A stretch of DNA of 42,989 nt from positions 1-42,989 of IMG/VR virus record IMGVR_UViG_3300005804_000116; one strand, 5' to 3'. The first letter of the stretch is position 1. Each line of letters starts with the position of its first letter. The notes under the pieces are model-generated. The model was not told the DNA's origin. It made no database searches and saw only the letters and a program-made list of their open reading frames with translations. The stretch comes from a virus (lineage: Duplodnaviria > Caudoviricetes). The position numbers were made by a program, and so were the translations under genes. Positions 37,408 through 42,989 of this stretch are shown piece after piece.

Positions 37408-37440
37408 AAGCCCCGCTTCCGGAAGGTTGCGGGGCTTTTG
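37408..37440 (+). terminator. Intrinsic terminator between convergent operons
   Basis: AAGCCCCGC-N12-GCGGGGCTT-TTG. Confidence 0.8.
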
Positions 37441-37468
37441 TTATTTGCTCGTGGCCAGTTATTAGCGA

Positions 37469-38368
37469 TTACCCCTGCTCTACATTGCTTGTACTTATCT
37501 GCCAGTCAAAGTTGTCAGAAATTATGATTTCGTTTTTCTGCAAATGATGTGTGGTTTTCATGGGAATGACTTTGAATTTTAACCCATACTTATTGACTAA
37601 AGCTCTGATTTCTTTTGTGTCGTCATAGGTTAACATAAACCTGCCCTGTATTTTTGAGGTTAGGTTAAATAGTCGTTCATGGTCAATTTCAAAATATTTA
37701 TAAAGCCTCTTTCCTGCTATTGTATAGGGGGGGTCAATAAAAAAATAAGCATTCTCAATATTGCTTTTTTCTTCAATTACTTTAAAAGCATCCGTTTGAA
37801 CAAACTCTATTTTATGTTTAATGTCATTTATTGCCCTAATCCTTTGTGCAAGAGTTTTGGCGTACCACCTTGAGGAAATACCTTTTCCGTTTTCTCCGTG
37901 CTTAAGCATTCCCGAACCCTTAGCTAAAATTCCACCGTGAAAGACTCTATTCTTTAGAATGGTGCAAAACGCTATGTTTTTCTCATCCTTGTACAAATAG
38001 CTAAGTTCTGTGTTTACGTTTTCCGTGGTTAGATCAAATTGCAGAATTTTATTGGCAAGCCATTCGTTTTCACCATTAATAATGGTTTTCCATACTGAAG
38101 CAACTTCTTCATCTAGCTCAACCATGGTAACGCGGTCTACAAGATTTTCAAATGCTGCAGTTAAACTTACAATACCTCCCCCAGCAAATGGTTCAATTAA
38201 GATTTTGCTTTGGGTTTCTTGTTTCAACCAATCTCTTACAGTCGGTATTAACCAGGTTTTTCCTCCTGGATAACGAAAAGGACTTCTTTGCGGAACCGAT
38301 GAGACATTGACAACGTGGTTTTGCGGATTTCGATTAAGAAATTGTTCTATGCTAAGTTGTTCTCCCAT
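37469..38368 (-). CDS. Dam/D12-class DNA adenine methyltransferase
   Basis: SPFRYPGGKT, EPFAGGG, FIDPPY. Confidence 0.92.
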   Translation of the reverse strand: MGEQLSIEQFLNRNPQNHVVNVSSVPQRSPFRYPGGKTWLIPTVRDWLKQETQSKILIEPFAGGGIVSLTAAFENLVDRVTMVELDEEVASVWKTIINGENEWLANKILQFDLTTENVNTELSYLYKDEKNIAFCTILKNRVFHGGILAKGSGMLKHGENGKGISSRWYAKTLAQRIRAINDIKHKIEFVQTDAFKVIEEKSNIENAYFFIDPPYTIAGKRLYKYFEIDHERLFNLTSKIQGRFMLTYDDTKEIRALVNKYGLKFKVIPMKTTHHLQKNEIIISDNFDWQISTSNVEQG

Positions 38369-38369
38369 T

Positions 38370-39257
38370 TTAACTACTGATTATTTCGTTTAAGGTTGGT
38401 GCATCAGGTGGACTTCCTTCTAATCTTTCATCAAGTCTGTACTGAAGTAAATTAATAAAATCTTCTAATCTCCCGGGTTCTGGAGTTGTTACCCTATATA
38501 AGGCTGATTCAAATTCTGTATAAACAGTTTCTGTTAGTGCCAAATTATAAAGGTTTGTTGTGGTATCGAGAATCAAGTCATATAAAAACCATGCGATATC
38601 TGCTTCTTCTTTGCTAACTTTTGGAAGGGTTGGCAAGGTTGCGAAAAAGGACTTCTGTAATGCAACTGATTGTTTCTTCTTCCAAGATTGAAAAATTCCG
38701 CCTTTGTATAGCATTTGAGGTATTAGCCTCTTCCGAGACGAAGAAAGGTAATCAGGCTTGGGAGAATTGTAGCCTGTTACCCAAGAAAACCCTTTTTTCG
38801 GGTTGTTTATGTAGTTATCAAACGGGTTACGTAAATTTCCGGAGATATAGACGCCCTGAACTTCAAGAGAGGCAAAGTCAATTAAGTTCCCTTTATCATT
38901 ATACGCCACCAAAACAAAATCTATGTTTCCTGCAGATTGACCATTTTTATCAAGTAGCTTAATTTCAGATAGAGAAGTCCATTTGATGTTCTCGTCAAAT
39001 GCAAATTTTGCAGCATTTTCAATGATTAGCCAATCTTCGCGAAATCTTGTTGGACAAGTAATTACGGGGTGATTATTGTGAAAAATACTACAAACGCCTA
39101 ATGGGTTGTTTGCTTTGTCTTTGGTGCAATTGGGAACTTTGTTGTTAAACGGGCAAAGTTTTTTTTCACGGTATCGGATGGCCTTTACTGTTTCATTAAT
39201 TATTGGGAAACCGAATACTTCCGCTAAAGGATTGTTGAATTTTTCTTCTGTAGCCAT
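38370..39257 (-). CDS. NotI-family restriction endonuclease
   Basis: AEVFG, CPF...CTK...GVCS...ITCPTRF Cys4 cluster, GNIDFVL, LEVQGVY. Confidence 0.85.
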   Translation of the reverse strand: MATEEKFNNPLAEVFGFPIINETVKAIRYREKKLCPFNNKVPNCTKDKANNPLGVCSIFHNNHPVITCPTRFREDWLIIENAAKFAFDENIKWTSLSEIKLLDKNGQSAGNIDFVLVAYNDKGNLIDFASLEVQGVYISGNLRNPFDNYINNPKKGFSWVTGYNSPKPDYLSSSRKRLIPQMLYKGGIFQSWKKKQSVALQKSFFATLPTLPKVSKEEADIAWFLYDLILDTTTNLYNLALTETVYTEFESALYRVTTPEPGRLEDFINLLQYRLDERLEGSPPDAPTLNEIISS

Positions 39258-39348
39258 ATATTAAAACTAGTTTTTTTAAGGTTGAATTGTGTCGTTGACC
39301 TTGTTAAGCAATTGAAGATTGTTGTTAAAAATTGGTAATTATGCAATA

Positions 39349-39356
39349 CAAAAGTA
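39349..39356 (-). promoter_or_regulatory. R-M operon promoter, -7 element TACTTTTG
   Basis: Perfect consensus about 90 bp upstream of the endonuclease. Confidence 0.6.
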
Positions 39357-39367
39357 ATACGTAAGCA

Positions 39368-40648
39368 TCAAAATTTGAAGTATGGATGGTCCTTCATTCT
39401 GGCAGCATCTTCCAGGGACTCTGCTTTGATGTAGGCCATGAAAGATTTTATGGTTTTGTGGCCGGAAAAGGCCATGATGGTACGAATAGGGATTCCGGCC
39501 AGATACATATTTGTGCAGGCTGAACGCCTTGCCGTGTGAGTGGTGATAAGTTCGTACTCCGGAAGGAGAGTGTTTTTGAGTTGGCCTCCCTCAGTTCTGG
39601 AAATCGAAATCATTTGATTGAACCCGGCCACCTTGCAGAGCAAATGCAGGGCATCATTCATTTTCTGGTTCGAAATTGGAGAGGGTAGGCCGTTATCGCG
39701 TCTGTTTAGGATTTCCCTGATGATTGGATGCATGGGGATAACTGTTCGGGTTCCGGTTTTGATTGCCCGAGCTGTAATGTATTCATCCGTGTTTTTCAAA
39801 CCCTCAAGGGTGTTGAAGTCTGAGAAACGAAGGGCTGTATATGCTCCAATCAGGAACCGGTCCCGGGCATCGATTAAGGATTGAACACGTCGCTGAATAT
39901 TCTGAGGGCGTTGGTCAGAATTATTCGAAAGAATGAGCTGAGGGGTGATATCTAAATTCGCAAGAATCCTGAGTTTGTCCGTTGAGAGGTATATGGAATC
40001 GGATTCCTCGCGCATGACTTTGAACTTTTTGGATCTGTGGGCCGTGCTATCATGTAAGTCACGGTCTGCGGCTTCGTTCATGAAAACCTTGATGTTTTTG
40101 ACGATGTCCCCGAAATAGTTCAGGCTGTAGTTTTCGGCATCCATGAATTTCTTGAGTGCTTCGTAGAAGTCGAGGTTGATTGAGTCGAAGGTTATCCGCT
40201 TTCTTTTTGCTTTTTGAAATCTTTGCAGAAGGTTGATTGTTGTCTGGTAGCGGATAAGTGTACGAGGTTTCCGGGCAGCTTGTTTGATGTATTTTTCGGC
40301 AAAACTGATAAAATCGGTATCAATCCTTTCATCGGGATGAATGAAGGGTTCCAGGGCAATCTTTACAGCATGTTTGAATTCGGATTGTGATGGAACTATG
40401 AGGTCCCGGTTAAATGAGTTCATCACATTTGTGAGTAAGGTTTCCCAGTTTCTGAGTTGTTCGTTTGTGATTCTGGCGTTTAGAAAATCCGATTTTTCCC
40501 TGCAGCGCATTTTCTCAGCATTCCAGTTCTTTGACTGGATGCTGATGCCGGTAGCTACCTTGTACCTCCGGCCATGGTCATAGATTACGGCATAGAGGGT
40601 AGAGGTAACCGATTGGGCATTGTTTAGGTAGAACTTTACCTCGGACAT
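39368..40648 (-). CDS. int: Tyrosine integrase (Bacteroidetes type)
   Basis: TALRFSD, KTG, THTARRS, FSGH, FMAY; N-terminal arm-binding and SAM-like domains. Confidence 0.95.
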   Translation of the reverse strand: MSEVKFYLNNAQSVTSTLYAVIYDHGRRYKVATGISIQSKNWNAEKMRCREKSDFLNARITNEQLRNWETLLTNVMNSFNRDLIVPSQSEFKHAVKIALEPFIHPDERIDTDFISFAEKYIKQAARKPRTLIRYQTTINLLQRFQKAKRKRITFDSINLDFYEALKKFMDAENYSLNYFGDIVKNIKVFMNEAADRDLHDSTAHRSKKFKVMREESDSIYLSTDKLRILANLDITPQLILSNNSDQRPQNIQRRVQSLIDARDRFLIGAYTALRFSDFNTLEGLKNTDEYITARAIKTGTRTVIPMHPIIREILNRRDNGLPSPISNQKMNDALHLLCKVAGFNQMISISRTEGGQLKNTLLPEYELITTHTARRSACTNMYLAGIPIRTIMAFSGHKTIKSFMAYIKAESLEDAARMKDHPYFKF

Positions 40649-40657
40649 GCTTTTGAC

Positions 40658-40688
40658 TTCGGATGAAAATTCGGACGGAACAAAGGTA
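40658..40688 (-). promoter_or_regulatory. Integrase promoter (TACCTTTG) and adjacent TTCGGA direct repeats (candidate arm sites)
   Basis: caaaggta at 40681-40688; ttcggatgaaaa/ttcggacggaac at 40658-40681. Confidence 0.55.
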
Positions 40689-40779
40689 CATTTTAGGCGA
40701 GAAATATAAAGCAGTTAGCGTAAAATACTGATTTGGTGATATGGCTATACGTTTATGAGTTGGTTTGTATGGTTGATTT

Positions 40780-40797
40780 AGTCCTGTCTCGGGTACA
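40780..40797 (+). other. att core: duplicated 3' end of a tRNA (Leu-like)
   Basis: AGT-CCTGT-CTCGGGT-A-CA matches T-loop end, T-stem, acceptor strand and discriminator A; no 5' half upstream. Confidence 0.7.
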
Positions 40798-40835
40798 AAA
40801 AGCCTCTTGTAGTCAGTAGATTACAAGGGGCTTTT
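40797..40835 (+). terminator. Hairpin after att (terminator or element end)
   Basis: AAAAGCCTCTTGTA...TACAAGGGGCTTTT. Confidence 0.65.
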
Positions 40836-40843
40836 GGCTTTTT

Positions 40844-40865
40844 GGGGACAAATAGGGGACAAATA
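40844..40865. repeat. Tandem 11-bp repeat GGGGACAAATA x2
   Basis: Exact direct repeat about 45 bp beyond att. Confidence 0.75.
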
Positions 40866-41064
40866 GCCCCAGACGAGGCTAATTTTATACTTGTGTTGCA
40901 TCTTTATATGTTAAAGGCGCGACTGTAGTTCTTTTAACCTGTTTGATTTCGTTCTTAATTCTTGAAATTCCACATCATAGTAGCCGGGCATCGAATAAGG
41001 TAAGGATTTCAGGATATAGCTGAGCCTGGCTTCAGGGTGATACTTTTGCAGCGGCCTCACCCTG

Positions 41065-41116
41065 TTATTTTACTTTCCGGCCTAAAAGTAAAATAAGATT
41101 TGCGTTATTTTACTTT
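41065..41116. repeat. TTATTTTACTTT x3 (12-bp inverted pair plus a direct copy)
   Basis: 41065-41076, inverted 41085-41096, direct 41105-41116. Confidence 0.75.
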
Positions 41117-41243
41117 GAGAACATTTCTATCCACTTTTGTCTGAGATGCCCGGTATTATGATGCCGCAAATCCCCCGCTGTTCGAACTGCTGCCTCAGGG
41201 GGCAGGCCCCCTGTCGGGAATTTTTTAAAATGAAGGTTTTTGC

Positions 41244-41376
41244 TTAGATGTTCTCAAAACCCAACCGCGGCAGCCTGATCACTGGGGTCGTTGCGGATGC
41301 CGCTTTCTTTGTGTACGGTAATCCGGTAGAGTTCCATCACCCATTCGATGGCGGATTTGCCGTTGACCGCATCATA
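41244..41376 (-). pseudogene. Remnant of a Type ISP restriction-modification enzyme C-terminus
   Basis: VNGKSAIEWVMELYRITVHKESGIRNDP, then a frame change to LPRLGFENI*. Confidence 0.75.
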
Positions 41377-41612
41377 CCGGTTTCCTGAGCGCCTGCCAAC
41401 GGATTGGAGACTTCTTCTTCCTGACTTCTTTTTAAAATTTAGCCAAAAATTTGGTTTGTATTCTGCATATTCCTATTTTGCAACTTAGTTTACAGCAAGT
41501 CCCGTGATGTCAATGCGGCTTCGGTGGGAAAGCCCGCTCTGCCTGCATTTACAAGCGATATAGAATAAATCGAAACCGAAAGAATCAACATATCACCACA
41601 AAACTTTCTGCC

Positions 41613-42989
41613 ATGGAGAACTTAAGAATTTACCTTGTATTGACTTTATTATCATTATTACTGACAACCACCTTCAGGTTTGCTACTGCCCAGACAACAA
41701 TTACACTCAGCTTTGCCGGACGGGATTCTCTAACCCAGGACATTATCGCATTAGACAGTGTTCATGTTAAAAACCTCACCGAGAATTGCGACAGCACAGT
41801 GTATGGTGCTGCCCCGGTATTGACCATCACTGCGTTGGAGCCCATCGGGATTGATGAAACCGAAATGGGCAGAAAGGACGGCTTTGGTGTTTATCAGAAT
41901 TACCCGAACCCATTCTCCGGAACCACCTTCGTGAATATTTTTACCGAAAAAGGTGGCCCCGTTAACCTTTTGCTGCTGAATAGTTTAGGCTCTACCCTGG
42001 CCAGCTATGCCAATACTTTTGAGCCGGGTCTGCATTCCTTTTTGATATCCGCCACAGGCCACTCCGTATTGACCCTGATGGCCGGGAACGCTTCGGGCAG
42101 AAAAAGTATCAAGATATTAAGCGCCGGCAAAGCCCAGGCAGGGTTCTCGATACAATACGCGGGACTATTGCGGGACGCCGGCAATAATTACTTAAAAGCC
42201 ACAACCGGCACCGGCTTTATTTATTATCTGGGCAATCAGTTGGCCTATACGGCCTATTCAGACGGCTTCATCGAAAAAACCCTCTATGATAGTCCGGTGA
42301 CAGACTACACATATTATTTCGATATGCAGAAATTGTATGCCCCCACCGTGACAACCGATGCTGTGACCGAAATCACCCAATCGACGGCTACCTGCGGCGG
42401 AAATGTTACAGAAGATGGCGGTATGGAAGTAACGGCCCGTGGGGTTTGCTGGGCAACATCGCCCGGCCCGACGACCAACAACAGCCATACCCTGAACGGA
42501 AGCGGATTGGGCGCATTTGTCAGTTATTTGATAAACCTGGAGCCCAATACCCCGTATTATGTAAGGGCCTATGCCACCAACAGCATAGGTACGGCTTATG
42601 GCAACGAGGTTTCGTTCACCACCGGACAAGCCGTAACCACCCCGGTGGTGACCACAGCCCCGGTGACCAATATCACCCAAACCACCGCCACCAGCGGGGG
42701 AACGGTTACATCTGACGGGGGAGCTTCGGTAACGGCGCGGGGTGTCTGCTGGGGAACCACGCCCAATCCCACCCTTGCCGGGAGTTATACCACCGATGGC
42801 AGCGGTACAGGGACTTTTGTGAGCAACCTCAGCGGGCTTACCGGCGGCACGGTTTATTACATCCGGGCATATGCAACTAATATGCTGGGGACATCATATG
42901 GGAATGAACTGACGTTTACAACCCTCGACCTGCCAACGGTAACAACCGCCACTGTTACTGACATAACGGCCACCACTGCCACCAGCGGA
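41613..42989 (+). CDS. Host secreted protein with T9SS-CTD-like segment and FN3-like repeats (runs off the window)
   Basis: Signal peptide MENLRIYLVLTLLSLLL...; YQNYPNPF; repeats PTVTT...TATxGG.VT.DGG..VTARGVCW...YYxRAYATN..GT.YGNE..FTT. Confidence 0.85.
   Translation, partial: MENLRIYLVLTLLSLLLTTTFRFATAQTTITLSFAGRDSLTQDIIALDSVHVKNLTENCDSTVYGAAPVLTITALEPIGIDETEMGRKDGFGVYQNYPNPFSGTTFVNIFTEKGGPVNLLLLNSLGSTLASYANTFEPGLHSFLISATGHSVLTLMAGNASGRKSIKILSAGKAQAGFSIQYAGLLRDAGNNYLKATTGTGFIYYLGNQLAYTAYSDGFIEKTLYDSPVTDYTYYFDMQKLYAPTVTTDAVTEITQSTATCGGNVTEDGGMEVTARGVCWATSPGPTTNNSHTLNGSGLGAFVSYLINLEPNTPYYVRAYATNSIGTAYGNEVSFTTGQAVTTPVVTTAPVTNITQTTATSGGTVTSDGGASVTARGVCWGTTPNPTLAGSYTTDGSGTGTFVSNLSGLTGGTVYYIRAYATNMLGTSYGNELTFTTLDLPTVTTATVTDITATTATSG

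Larger units (their letters stand above)
1..40797. mobile_element. Temperate siphovirus-like prophage of a Bacteroidetes host; left end outside the window
   Basis: Ordered lysogeny, replication, packaging, head, tail, lysis and integrase modules; tRNA 3' fragment next to the integrase; long tape measure and no sheath gene recognised. Confidence 0.95.

Noticed and set aside
40720-40797. Complete tRNA gene
   Set aside because: Only the 3' ~18 nt match; no D-arm, anticodon arm or 5' acceptor strand
1-40797. Stop-codon reassignment as in some gut Bacteroidetes phages
   Set aside because: Genes are full length and tightly packed in the standard code, and TAG, TGA and TAA all end genes
41033-41064. 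Invertible phase-variable promoter
   Set aside because: The 8-bp repeats enclose only 16 bp, exclude the -33 element, and no dedicated invertase is adjacent
42258-42715. ORFs 42258-42680 (-) and 42446-42715 (+)
   Set aside because: They are alternative frames of the host FN3-repeat gene that starts at 41613 and runs off the window

Overview
About 40.8 kb of this window is an apparently intact temperate, siphovirus-like prophage of a Bacteroidetes (Bacteroidales-type) host. The host assignment rests on TAnnTTTG promoters, AT-rich start contexts without Shine-Dalgarno motifs, and a T9SS/FN3-type flanking gene. Left to right: a DUF4468 envelope moron, the repressor/Cro switch, recombination and replication genes (Sak4-like ATPase, exonuclease, ParB, initiator with internal iterons, DnaC-like loader, RuvC-like resolvase, RadC), a DUF488 / methylase-Mom-like / ParB cassette joined to the terminase genes, head genes, a glycosyltransferase directly after the capsid gene, tail genes with an embedded lysis cassette, tape measure, a FISUMP-domain receptor-binding protein, a DUF932 operon, a NotI-family R-M pair and a tyrosine integrase. 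The prophage ends at a tRNA-Leu-like 3' fragment (att, about 40780-40797); its left end is outside the window. Beyond att are a Type ISP R-M remnant and a host secreted FN3-repeat gene. The best candidates for new biology are (i) a head-module glycosyltransferase fused to a small head-protein-like domain, next to a capsid protein with a membrane-like leader, (ii) a packaging-linked DNA-modification cassette with a non-canonical methylase active site, and (iii) a hidden antisense sRNA complementary to two phage translation-start regions. All family calls come from motif recognition by eye; no searches were run.
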